Shown: one piece after another, positions 1 to 10,200 of the stretch
How the letters are laid out: every line of letters starts with the position of its first letter
Position numbering within the stretch: the first letter of the stretch is position 1
Sequence record: OP123707.1
Length of the DNA: 64,000 nucleotides
Reading direction: 5' to 3' (one strand)
Translations under genes and position numbers: made by a program
Notes under the pieces: model-generated
The model's database searches: none
Told to the model about the DNA's origin: nothing
What the model saw: the letters and a program-made list of their open reading frames with translations, nothing else

Positions 1-3000
1 GAGCCGTAGTTTGACGTTCGAAATCTGGATCACGAAGCTTCGCTTCATTCGCCTTTCCTTCTAACGCAATCAACATGCGTTTAATGCGAGTATTCGCACC
101 AGTGGACAATTCACCTTCAAACGGCGCTTCATCCACGTTGAAGACCGAACGGACTTTCTCATCGATCAACACACTCAGCTCATTCACGCGTTGAGAGAAA
201 CGCATTTGTGCAGTTGCTGATAATGTACGCCACACTTTCGATGGATCACCACCACGTTGCTCACGACACGTTTCAAACCATACAGTGTAAACCGGTAGGA
301 AACGGTAGTTAAACCAACGTAACGCTAACTCACGACCTTTCTTCGATGTAATGCGGAACGTCATTGCGAACGCTTTCCAGAACGCTTCATCGGTGTCGTT
401 GTACTCGGCTTTACCGGAGGCGTAGGTCATACGTTTCTCCATCCAGCGTTCAAGCTTCAACACCGCTTCCACACGCCATGGCATGTTCTCATCGTTACCA
501 TACGCTGCCAAGCGATAGGCGGTGATGAGGGCCACAGGTTTATCTCCTGGAAGCATGTCGGACACGTCAATGCCTTTAATCACTTCCGGTTGTTTAAACC
601 ACGTATCCAGTTTGTCTTGTTTCTCTTGATCAACGTAGTTACCTGTGAGTTTGTCCCACGCGGTTTCCAACATGCCTTTCTTTTCGTTCTCTTTAATCTG
701 GGTCTTCGTATCACGAATCATCAGATCGTCAGGGAGCTTAGTAAAGACGTTGGTTTTGTCGGTGGTCTTTTTCAATTCTTCAAAGTAACGGTTAATCTGA
801 GCTAACGTGTCGGAATAATCCAACGCATACACATCTGCGTTAATCCAGACTTGAATACGGTACGGTGGTGGGTTCAGTGCTATAACGTCATTGTGCACGT
901 CTTTCGCCACCACAGCCAGATTCAACGTGTCTGCTGTATCGTACTGTTCAAAGTTACGACAATGCAGAGTTTTCATGGCCGCTTGGTACATCAAGAAGAT
1001 CGGCTTGAAACGTTTGCCAAACCACGTTACGCCATCTTGCAATCCTTGTTCAGTCTTACGAGACGCAAAGAACGGAGACAAGATTTTGTTGAATGGAGTG
1101 GAGTCAGCAAAGCTCGCTTCTTTCTCTTTAAGGAGCACGTAGTTCTCTAACTGCTTTTCCAGTTTAAGGACGTCGTTAATGAGTTCTTCGTGTTGAGCGT
1201 CAATACCGTACTGTGCCATACGAAGTTTCTGTTGAACAGACAAATCGCTGGAGCTGAAGTATTTGTACGCCGCGTAACCCGCTAGCCCTACTCCTGCAAT
1301 ACCTAACGTAACCGGATTCAACAAGAATGGAGCAGCAGCGGCTGCAATCCCGCCTAATGACGTTCCCGCCATCCCAGCGACTGCTGAAGCTGTCATCCCC
1401 ATCCCAGCCACGTCTAAGCCTACCGAACCGTAATCCAGTAGTTTATCTGTCACTGATCCTTCTTCTGGGTCTAGAGAGTCTCTGACGGCTCCTAACGCCA
1501 TATCCCCACCGATCATTAGACCAGCACCCAAACCAAGTTTGGTCATGCCACTCATCTTACCCAGTTTAGGGAAACGTCCACGTTTACCGCCTTTCTTATT
1601 ACGACGATTACCAGACCCGTCCATGCCATCAGCCATGTCTCCGAGTGCATCAGTAGTCTTCCGACCCAACAACGCACTACCCAAGACTTTACCCAATGAG
1701 ACCAAACCTTTAGTGATAGTCCCACCCAGACCTACCATGGTTTTGAAACCCGTTACACCGATGCTCAAGAACTTCTGAAGTAACGTCGCCAAACCACCGC
1801 CAGCTAAACCTAAGAGACTGCCTAAGATGCCGCCGTCTTTCTTTGGTTTACCATTTTTGTCATTTGGTTGTAAGCTTTCTGCGATATCGATCACCGAGTC
1901 TTGGAACTTAGCTTTCTTCGCTTCTTTCTTACGACGGATTTTGTCCGCTAATGAGTTCAAACGGAAACCTGATTTCTCTGGCTGGACGTCCGCGTCTTCA
2001 TCTGCACTGCTGGCTACTGAGTCCATGTAAGCTTTCACCTTAGGTGAGGCTTTTTCTGACAACGGCATGTTTGGATCGGCGTTCCACTGTTTCGCCATCA
2101 ACGCATAAATGGAATCCAAGCGTTCAGTGATTGGTTCGTACTTATCCACCCCTACTTTCGTTATGGTGGAGTCTTTCCCCAGTATCGCGCTCCCTAAGCG
2201 TTCACGACCGTTAGTTTGCAACCAACCGGCACCTTTGCTTACGAACTTGCCAAACGCTTTACCAGCGCCTTCCAGTTGGGTTAACGCCACTCCACCAATC
2301 GTGGTCAGTCCATTGTTCAAGTCTTCTGTCGAGATTAACTCTTCACCGTCTTGATCGTACACTGGACCTTTGATGTCACGCCAACCTTTGATCTCGTTAC
2401 CTTCCGCATCAAAGTACCAACCGTTCTTAAACCCACGACGAGTTAAGACAGGATCCGATTCCCCTTTCAGGTAAACGTTCAGTTGATCGGCTTCGGTCTT
2501 CACCGAGTCCATCAGTTTCTTAGCGTGGTTCAGTGGGTCGATCTTCTGATAGATCTTCGAGGCAAACGCTTGCAGTTGATGAAGTCCATCCAGCATTACC
2601 TCACGGCCATCTGGACCAAATAACTTCCCACCTAAACGTTTAGCGGATGCTGCAATGGAAGATCCACCTTGAGACAAATCAATGATCGTCCCTTTGATGT
2701 CTTTCCAAGATTTGATCACCTTCTTCGAAGCTTGGTCATAGTAGTTGCCCGCATTCTTCTTAGCAGCGTACAGGACTTCATTCCCTTCTTCATCGTAGAT
2801 GTCTTCGTCTTCCCCAGGGGTATTACCGGCATTACTCATTTTGTTGAGTTTACCGTATAACGTCGCGACCGCTGCACCACCGGCTAACAGGGCTGCTGCT
2901 TTTGGATTCGACATGGCTGTGACACCAAGTCCACCAATCAAACCGCCCAACACCATAGGTTTATTTGCGATTAACGATTCCACTCCCTTATTGAAAACGT

Positions 3001-5638
3001 CCACAGGCGCGATTGATCGTAAGCGCTCTAACAACGATTGCTTGTCTTTCTCTTCCTGTTGTTTCTCTTGGGTGAGTTCTTCACCCTCTAAGTCAGTGGT
3101 CCCTACCGTCGAAACGGATTTCAGTTTCTTTAGGACCGTCAGTTGTTGCAACTGAGTGTCATTGATCGTAGCGAGTGAGGTATTGGTTGCGGTTAACAAC
3201 TCTAATACGGGATCGAGTTTAATCTCTCCTTTCTCACGGGTATCCAACACACTGAGGTTTTCGGTGTTGGTTTGAATTTTAACTAGCGTATTAATGATAT
3301 TGCTGAGAGCATCACTAACTTCTTCCTGAACAGGAAGGGGGGAGGAAAGAAGACTGGAAACCTCGTCGGAAAAGGATAGGGGAGTTTGACTATTAACAAG
3401 TGGAGTAGGAGTGAAACGACTACGACCTCCTAATATGTCTTTACTATCAGTAAGATAGTCAGGCATGGCATTAGGTAAAGGTTGTTTAACATTCTTACCT
3501 GCTAATTGGTCACTGAGTTGTTTCCAAATAAGTTCTTGGTTAACGTACTCTTTATTGGTTTTCTCATCGACTTTAATATAACCCGATGATTTCAATCCTT
3601 CATCCAATCCTAAACTACGAACCAGGTCGATCTTCTTAGAAACGTCTGGGGTGTAGTTCTTTAACGATTCCGTACGTTCAGATAAACGATGCAGTAACTC
3701 TTTCCCTTCTGCCGTAGGCACCACTAGACGAGCCATCAGGCCATCGAGTGAGTTGTCCTGCGTGCGTTCCAAATCCGCTTGGGTAAGTTGGAAACGAGAA
3801 CGAATCAATTCATCGATTTCTTTTGCGTGATCTTCATTGAGGTACTCATCGGTACTCATAGAGAGATAGTCGTAAGGGTTAAAGATATTCCCTTTGTCTG
3901 ACTCACGAGCTAAGCGGAGCGCTAACGCTTCCAGAGCTGAATCGGATAGGGTGCCATCTTTATCTAACTCTTTCGCAATAGACTTCGCACTATCGGCGTA
4001 AGAACTGAGTTCCCACGTCGGCGTCACGATGTTTTCGATCTGCTTGTTAAGGTGGTCTTGTGTCGTCACTCTTGACGTACGGTAATCGTAACGCAGCTTC
4101 GCCGCATCATCTTCTCCGGTACGCATTTTCTCGATGGAGTGATGAATCTCACTTAGTAACGTAGGGATCTCTTCCGTTAACGATCGTGAATCATGAACTG
4201 ACCATACTGAGTTGTCTTTCAGTCCTGCTAAAGACTTCTCTTTGATCTCGTAGAAACTACCTTGAGACTCTTGGTAGTTTTCACCGATTAAGTTAAACGC
4301 ACCGCCGGCGGCTTGGGTTGCTTTACGGATGGTCGTCCATAAAACTTTCGGCATCGGTTTAGCATTTGGATCCAGTTCCTCCAAGTACTCTTCGTACGTT
4401 TGGTCTGGTAGGTCCATCATCCCCGTTTCTTGGTAATGTCGTCCCATAACCGAACCCAGAGCACGCGTTGAATAAGACAACGTATCCCCGAATTCCGTAA
4501 CGGTCTTCTTCACCTCATCGAATTTCTTCGCTTCCTCCGGGAACTTCAAACGCAGTTTGTTCAGCATTTTCTTACCGGCTTTCGTGTCTAGGAACTGTGG
4601 TCCTTTTTCTACCACGTATTGCCCTAGCATGCTGCCGATCATTTCACCAGTGTTGATTCCCACGCCATCCGTCATTTCTCTCGCAAAGCGCAAATCCCCA
4701 ACTAATGACCCCAACATCCCAATGCCGTCATTCACCCCATCTTTAGAAATGATCTGACCTAATGCATCACCGAACCCGCCAGTACGAGACATGGTCGTTG
4801 CCAGAATGTTATCACGCATCCGTCCTTTCGTGGCTTGCAGCAACGAGGTCTTCTCGTAGTCGCTGAGTCCGGTGTTTGCCGTGATCGCTTTCATCTCTCG
4901 AATCATGCGGTGTTGTGAGGCTTCCATGAATTTGAAATACTTAGCGCTGGTCAAGTATTGACGAGTCATTAAGTTCAGTTTCATGGCTTCACGTTGACCT
5001 TGAATCTTCATCTGATAATCATACAGACGTTTCAGATTCGCATTCACTTCAAAGAGTTGTTCGTTGTTCTGTAACCCAGCGGACAATTGCTTAGAACCAA
5101 TGCTGTTCATGACACGAGTCATAGTGTCCGTGGACTCTACGGTAACAAAGCTTTGTTGTTCCAGAGCGTCCAGCATTTGTTTTTCCATATCTTCCGTAAC
5201 GGCTTCCATGGAAAGTTCTTCTTCTCTTACCTCACCTTGTTTTTCCCAATCGCTGAAATCCTTCTTACTGAATTCTTCCATGCCGTCGACGATTTTATTG
5301 GGTAATCGGTCTCGAAGGGACTCACTGAGTGAACCTGACAGAAATGCCAAATCGCCCATCAACTCGGTACTGTTCTCTTTGAACTCTTTAAACGCTTCTT
5401 TTTTACGACGATCTAGGTCTCGGTAGAAGTTGAAGGTTGTACCGAATGAACTAGGTAATATTCGTCGTAATGTTTTAATCTTGGCGTCGGTATCGCCGAC
5501 GGTATTAGATTTTAAGGAAGAGAAGAAACCTTTAGAGACGGATTTCAAGAAACCTTGATCTTTGTTTCCATCAAAGTCATAGTCAAAATCGAAATCGCCA
5601 TCTAAGAAATCATCTCCCCAATCATTATCATTAGCCAT
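1..5638 (-). CDS. Giant virion protein, tape-measure / phiKZ gp181-like (at least 1879 codons, 3' end outside window; absent from ORF track)
   Basis: ATG at 5638-5636 with GAGG 8 nt upstream on the minus strand. Translates MANDNDWGDDFLDGDFDFDYDF... The frame was stop-free in every stretch I translated (2-60, about 360-540, 1260-1545, 2330-2810, 3180-3680, 5240-5638). It contains Gly/Ala-rich hydrophobic segments and lies divergent from vRNAP beta', as gp181 lies next to gp180 in phiKZ. The lytic domain expected at the C-terminus would be outside the window. Confidence 0.75.
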   Translation of the reverse strand, partial: MANDNDWGDDFLDGDFDFDYDFDGNKDQGFLKSVSKGFFSSLKSNTVGDTDAKIKTLRRILPSSFGTTFNFYRDLDRRKKEAFKEFKENSTELMGDLAFLSGSLSESLRDRLPNKIVDGMEEFSKKDFSDWEKQGEVREEELSMEAVTEDMEKQMLDALEQQSFVTVESTDTMTRVMNSIGSKQLSAGLQNNEQLFEVNANLKRLYDYQMKIQGQREAMKLNLMTRQYLTSAKYFKFMEASQHRMIREMKAITANTGLSDYEKTSLLQATKGRMRDNILATTMSRTGGFGDALGQIISKDGVNDGIGMLGSLVGDLRFAREMTDGVGINTGEMIGSMLGQYVVEKGPQFLDTKAGKKMLNKLRLKFPEEAKKFDEVKKTVTEFGDTLSYSTRALGSVMGRHYQETGMMDLPDQTYEEYLEELDPNAKPMPKVLWTTIRKATQAAGGAFNLIGENYQESQGSFYEIKEKSLAGLKDNSVWSVHDSRSLTEEIPTLLSEIHHSIEKMRTGEDDAAKLRYDYRTSRVTTQDHLNKQIENIVTPTWELSSYADSAKSIAKELDKDGTLSDSALEALALRLARESDKGNIFNPYDYLSMSTDEYLNEDHAKEIDELIRSRFQLTQADLERTQDNSLDGLMARLVVPTAEGKELLHRLSERTESLKNYTPDVSKKIDLVRSLGLDEGLKSSGYIKVDEKTNKEYVNQELIWKQLSDQLAGKNVKQPLPNAMPDYLTDSKDILGGRSRFTPTPLVNSQTPLSFSDEVSSLLSSPLPVQEEVSDALSNIINTLVKIQTNTENLSVLDTREKGEIKLDPVLELLTATNTSLATINDTQLQQLTVLKKLKSVSTVGTTDLEGEELTQEKQQEEKDKQSLLERLRSIAPVDVFNKGVESLIANKPMVLGGLIGGLGVTAMSNPKAAALLAGGAAVATLYGKLNKMSNAGNTPGEDEDIYDEEGNEVLYAAKKNAGNYYDQASKKVIKSWKDIKGTIIDLSQGGSSIAASAKRLGGKLFGPDGREVMLDGLHQLQAFASKIYQKIDPLNHAKKLMDSVKTEADQLNVYLKGESDPVLTRRGFKNGWYFDAEGNEIKGWRDIKGPVYDQDGEELISTEDLNNGLTTIGGVALTQLEGAGKAFGKFVSKGAGWLQTNGRERLGSAILGKDSTITKVGVDKYEPITERLDSIYALMAKQWNADPNMPLSEKASPKVKAYMDSVASSADEDADVQPEKSGFRLNSLADKIRRKKEAKKAKFQDSVIDIAESLQPNDKNGKPKKDGGILGSLLGLAGGGLATLLQKFLSIGVTGFKTMVGLGGTITKGLVSLGKVLGSALLGRKTTDALGDMADGMDGSGNRRNKKGGKRGRFPKLGKMSGMTKLGLGAGLMIGGDMALGAVRDSLDPEEGSVTDKLLDYGSVGLDVAGMGMTASAVAGMAGTSLGGIAAAAAPFLLNPVTLGIAGVGLAGYAAYKYFSSSDLSVQQKLRMAQYGIDAQHEELINDVLKLEKQLENYVLLKEKEASFADSTPFNKILSPFFASRKTEQGLQDGVTWFGKRFKPIFLMYQAAMKTLHCRNFEQYDTADTLNLAVVAKDVHNDVIALNPPPYRIQVWINADVYALDYSDTLAQINRYFEELKKTTDKTNVFTKLPDDLMIRDTKTQIKENEKKGMLETAWDKLTGNYVDQEKQDKLDTWFKQPEVIKGIDVSDMLPGDKPVALITAYRLAAYGNDENMPWRVEAVLKLERWMEKRMTYASGKAEYNDTDEAFWKAFAMTFRITSKKGRELALRWFNYRFLPVYTVWFETCREQRGGDPSKVWRTLSATAQMRFSQRVNELSVLIDEKVRSVFNVDEAPFEGELSTGANTRIKRMLIALEGKANEAKLRDPDFERQTTA

Positions 5639-5659
5639 TATGAAACCTCATGGTGATTT

Positions 5660-7267
5660 ATGAAACCTACTAACGTTTCTTTATTAAACCCAAGTAAAGT
5701 TGCTTGGTCGCTGATGCGTCCTGTATCATCAGCTGATGTAAACGAGGGTTCCTCTACCAGCTTGCACCCAGACGGGTTGTATTCAGTAGAAACCTTCGGA
5801 CGAGTGGGTAGTGATGAACGTGATCGTAAGTTCTCTTACATCGACGTTAAGCTCCCCGTTTTTAACCCTACGTATTTCAAAGCGATGATTACCCTCAAAA
5901 GTTTGTATGCGGGTATAATCAAAGGGACGGAATACGCCGTCTGGGATAGTGAAAGCAAAGACTTCATAAAATCCAATCTGCTGGACGGGGAAACCGGCTT
6001 CAGTTTCTTTATGTCCCATTTTAATGATTTGGAACCGAAGTTGACCGAGTCGTTTCGTCGTAAGAAAAAGATTGAATTGTTCCACCGATTCCAGCCCCAA
6101 GCACTCACCAGTAAGATCTTGGTGATTCCGGCGGGTCTTCGTGATGTTCAGTTCTCCCCAGATGAACGCACCATCGAACCGGAGATCAATGACTACTACC
6201 GTAAGTTACTGTTCCGGACGAAAGCGGTTGTTGTGGGTGAGGGAGAAGAGAACTCCCCAGTATACGATAACTTGCGTTGGGGTGCTCAGTCTAACTTCAA
6301 TGACATCGACACTTACATTCAAGGGTTGATGCGTGGTAAGACCGGTTTCTGGCAAAAGCGTGTCGCGACACGTGGTGTGGTTGGTGGTACGCGTAACGTC
6401 ATCTCCGCCCGACATGTTTCCATTGCTGACGCAGATGCCGTCAGTGGAGTGGACGTTAACACTACCGACATCGGCATGTATCAAGCGTTATTGGAATACC
6501 AGTACACTTGCCGTCACGGTATGTTGAACGGTTGGTTACAGAACGTCTTCACGATCGGCAGTCCGATGGCGAAACTGGTTAACCCAAAAACGTTCGAATA
6601 CGAATACAAAGAAGTGGACATTAAAGTTGTTGACAAATGGATGACACCAGAAGGGTTGACTCGTCTATTCAACGGTTTTAAAGACACCCACTTACGTAAC
6701 AAACCAATCATGATCTCGGGTTCCCTTATGGGTCTGGTGTATGATGATGGTGAGTATGTTCGTATTGTCGGGGATAAATCCGAAATCGGTGACCGAGATG
6801 TTAAACACTTACGCCCATTGACCTATATGGAATTGTTCTACATCAGTTGTGGTAACTTGATTGAAACTCGTATGAGTCAGATCACCCGTTATCCTATCAC
6901 TGGTGTGGGTTCCATCTACCCAACAAAGATTAACCTTCGCACCACCATTGAATCCAAACCTCGAGTGTTGCTGGACGATTTCTGGGATGAAGGAGAACGC
7001 CTCAACAACTATCCAAAACTGACCGGGAAGCCAAGTTACTTTGACGCCATGTCAGTCGATGGATCTCGATTGGATCGTTTGGGCGGTGACTTTGACGGTG
7101 ACCAATTGAACAGTAATGGTATTGAGGCAGAGGACTCGATCAAACAGGCACTTAAACGTATGGGTGAACGCAGCTTCTATATTACCGGTTCCGGTGATTT
7201 CCTATACGAGCCAGTGGTGGAACCTCACGAATTCTTATTACGCGCTCTTACGAGTGGCTTGGAGTAA
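5660..7267 (+). CDS. Virion RNA polymerase beta' subunit, N-terminal/catalytic fragment (phiKZ gp180-like)
   Basis: 535 aa. Carries the catalytic DFDGD motif (RLGGDFDGDQLN), LHPDGLYSVETFG near the N-terminus and ITRYP. Adjacent to a beta-like gene. Confidence 0.92.
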   Translation: MKPTNVSLLNPSKVAWSLMRPVSSADVNEGSSTSLHPDGLYSVETFGRVGSDERDRKFSYIDVKLPVFNPTYFKAMITLKSLYAGIIKGTEYAVWDSESKDFIKSNLLDGETGFSFFMSHFNDLEPKLTESFRRKKKIELFHRFQPQALTSKILVIPAGLRDVQFSPDERTIEPEINDYYRKLLFRTKAVVVGEGEENSPVYDNLRWGAQSNFNDIDTYIQGLMRGKTGFWQKRVATRGVVGGTRNVISARHVSIADADAVSGVDVNTTDIGMYQALLEYQYTCRHGMLNGWLQNVFTIGSPMAKLVNPKTFEYEYKEVDIKVVDKWMTPEGLTRLFNGFKDTHLRNKPIMISGSLMGLVYDDGEYVRIVGDKSEIGDRDVKHLRPLTYMELFYISCGNLIETRMSQITRYPITGVGSIYPTKINLRTTIESKPRVLLDDFWDEGERLNNYPKLTGKPSYFDAMSVDGSRLDRLGGDFDGDQLNSNGIEAEDSIKQALKRMGERSFYITGSGDFLYEPVVEPHEFLLRALTSGLE

Positions 7268-7269
7268 AC

Positions 7270-10200
7270 ATGCAACTGAAAGAAACCCTAGGGATTAACG
7301 CATTGTCGGTAGACGGCTTAGAAGCTTTGTATCCTTTGTTTTTCAAAGAGTACGTCCTTCGTCGTAAAAACGATTTAACCAATCCTAAGTTTCATAACCT
7401 GAGTGACGTCGAGTTACCTCGCGATGCCGCTTTCTTCTATTACCCAAAACACGCTCAAGATTTGGGTCCGAGTAACCAAGAACCATTGATCACCAATTAC
7501 CCGGATGTGATCAACGTGGGCTTTGACAGCCGTTACACGATTTACGCGGGTAAAGCTCGACCGGCTCCGTTGGATGAACGCAAACAGATTCAGCGTTACC
7601 GCAATGGTCACTTCAAATACAAATACGCTCGCAACCTAGCACAGCCTATGACGCGTTCTAAAGAACTGGTGGTGATTAACAACGCCCTAGGTCAACTTAA
7701 ATGGAACTACGTCCCTACGCGTTTCCTAGCGTTCGATAAGAGCTATAACCAGCTGGCTAACTTGTTCGACATCATGAACGAGTACACGACCGGCAACAAA
7801 CGTCAGTTCTTCATGCGCATTGAGTTACCAAACCAAATTCCATTGCATCAGAAGTTCGTTGAGTATTTCCGTCACTATGAGAAATTCTTCGATCGTAATG
7901 AGAACGGGGAGTTGGTGATGGGTGAACACAATGACCAAGCATTGCGTGATTTAAAACGCACCGGTGCATTTTGGTTGTTGGATTGGTTTGCTTGGTTAAG
8001 TGGTAAGTATGAGTACTCTCTATTTAACCGTCTGAATGACGCATCTCTCGAACGTCTGAACTTGGTCTTTACTAAGAACGGTAAAGCGGTCATCCTGAAA
8101 CCCGGGTTACTGCGTGATTGGTTGAATGAACTGAACAAAGTGAAAGTAGTTGACGGCGAAGAAGAAATCGACTACAATACTTCACAACGTCAAAATGCGG
8201 TTAAACGTACCTTAATGGTCTTCATGCGTTTGATCGCTCAATCCAATCAAGGTGAAGAAGATGCTAGCGAGTCTGAAGAAGCTGGTTCAGTCAAGGACGG
8301 GCGTGGAGAGGAACGGGGTACTGCAACCTCGGAAGAAGAACTCAGTGAGACGGATTCCGACTTGGCTCCTGGTGATGATCCTGATTTGTTCGATGATTTT
8401 CTCAATGGACGTCAAATACACGATGAAGGAGTGGTTGGACAGTCCGGAGAAGAACCAAGCGGACGTAGTCCAGGAGGAGATTCAGGGGTTGATGAAACGG
8501 AACACGTGGAAACTTGGACTGACGAATTAGACGATTCTGAATTCCAGGTTGCTGAAGCGGACGTGGTGGTCGGTCACTCTCGTATGATGGATGAAGATCT
8601 GTCGGCGGGCGTCAAACGTGCCATCGCTAAGAAGGCAAAAGACGGTCAGATGACGAAGTCTCAACAAGATTTCTTCTTACGTCAATCAGAGCGTTACAAA
8701 GACCTCACCATGCCTAATGGCCAAACGTTGGAGGAATTCATCAACCTAGATGAAGAAGCTCTGCGTAAACTCCCAAGTCGTGTCGCTCCTAAGATGGTTG
8801 GGGTGCAAGATGAGTCTTACTTAGATTCCACTGTCGCTAACCTTAAGAACGGTTACGTTGAACAATTCATGTTACAAGACATGGTGCGTGCGATTCTAGC
8901 GGTGCAACAAGCTGGTATTTGTGTTACCAACTTTGAGATGGAAACGGTACATAACGTTGACGGCACTTACGATGTCTTCAAAGTTCAATTCCATCCTGTT
9001 GGTGGTAAGCCGGTTACGCGTCCTTTCCGCATTGCTCGTGTGGGTAAAGACGGCACGTTCACCGTCGATGGTAAGAAACGCACCAAAGCACTCCAGCGCA
9101 TGGATTACCCAATTCGTAAACTGGATGACTACCGTGTGGGTTTGACGTCTTATTACGGCCGTAAACTGATCGTCAGTCGTTCTAAAGCCGTCGCGGACGA
9201 TTACGGAGTTTGGTTGTCCAAACAAGTCCGTCGTCTGGCGAAGCGTGGTGACATCGATTTGCATGTGGGTGGGGTTTACACGAACGAATACCAAGCACCT
9301 CGTCTGTTCACTTTAATGGCACGTCGTTTTACCACATTGAAAGTGAAAGACTTGGATCTGATGTTCGACGCAAAAGCCATCATTAAACGTGATGAGTCTT
9401 TAGCGAAGGCTTTCACTCCGAATTCTGCACCAATCGGTTTCCGTGGGAAGACCCCAGTGTTCTTAGATGAAACTGGTTCGTTGACGGCAGGGAAAGAAGA
9501 CTTAGGGACACTTGAGTCGGTGTTAGGTATTAACATCACAAAAGCACCAGTGGAATACGGTCAAATCAACATCAATGGTTACCGCTTCCCAATCGGTGTG
9601 GTGTTGTCTTACTACTTCGGTTTCGATGAACTGTTAAAGATTCTGAAGATTGAACCTAAGACTGTCCCAGGTGGTCAACGTGTTAAACTGGAACAAGATG
9701 AATTCGCAATTCGTTGTGCGGATGAAACCTTGATCTTCAGTCGTCGTGATCCAATGTCTGCATTGGTGTTCGGTGGTATGACAAAGTTGAACAACCTACA
9801 CACCTTTAACCGTTTCGATATGAACGACCCTGAAATCTGGGTAACAGCGATCGACAACACGAAAGTGAAACCTACTCACTTCCGTGAAATGACGAACTTG
9901 TTTAACATGTTCATCGACCCTATTACGTTAGGGGAGTTGAAACGTTTAGGTCACGCTACCAGTTTTGATCATTTGTTGATTGAAGCGACTGAGATGCTTC
10001 GCACTGAACAACACCGTCATGAAGTAGAAGTAGAAGAACAACGTTTCATTGGTTATGAATCGTTCGCAGGTGCCATCTACCATCAGATCACTTCGTCAGC
10101 TCGTCAGCTCGCAGGTAAAGGTATGGACGCTCGCGCGACCTTTGACCTGAATCCTGAAGCCGTGATGATGGAAGCGTGTATGAATGACACGTCTGTTGAC

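Noticed and set aside
590-5426. Fifteen or so short plus-strand ORFs in the track
   Set aside because: They are antisense shadows of the giant minus-strand ORF. They have no RBS, give Ser/Phe/Leu-rich nonsense translations, and many start at TTG or GTG.
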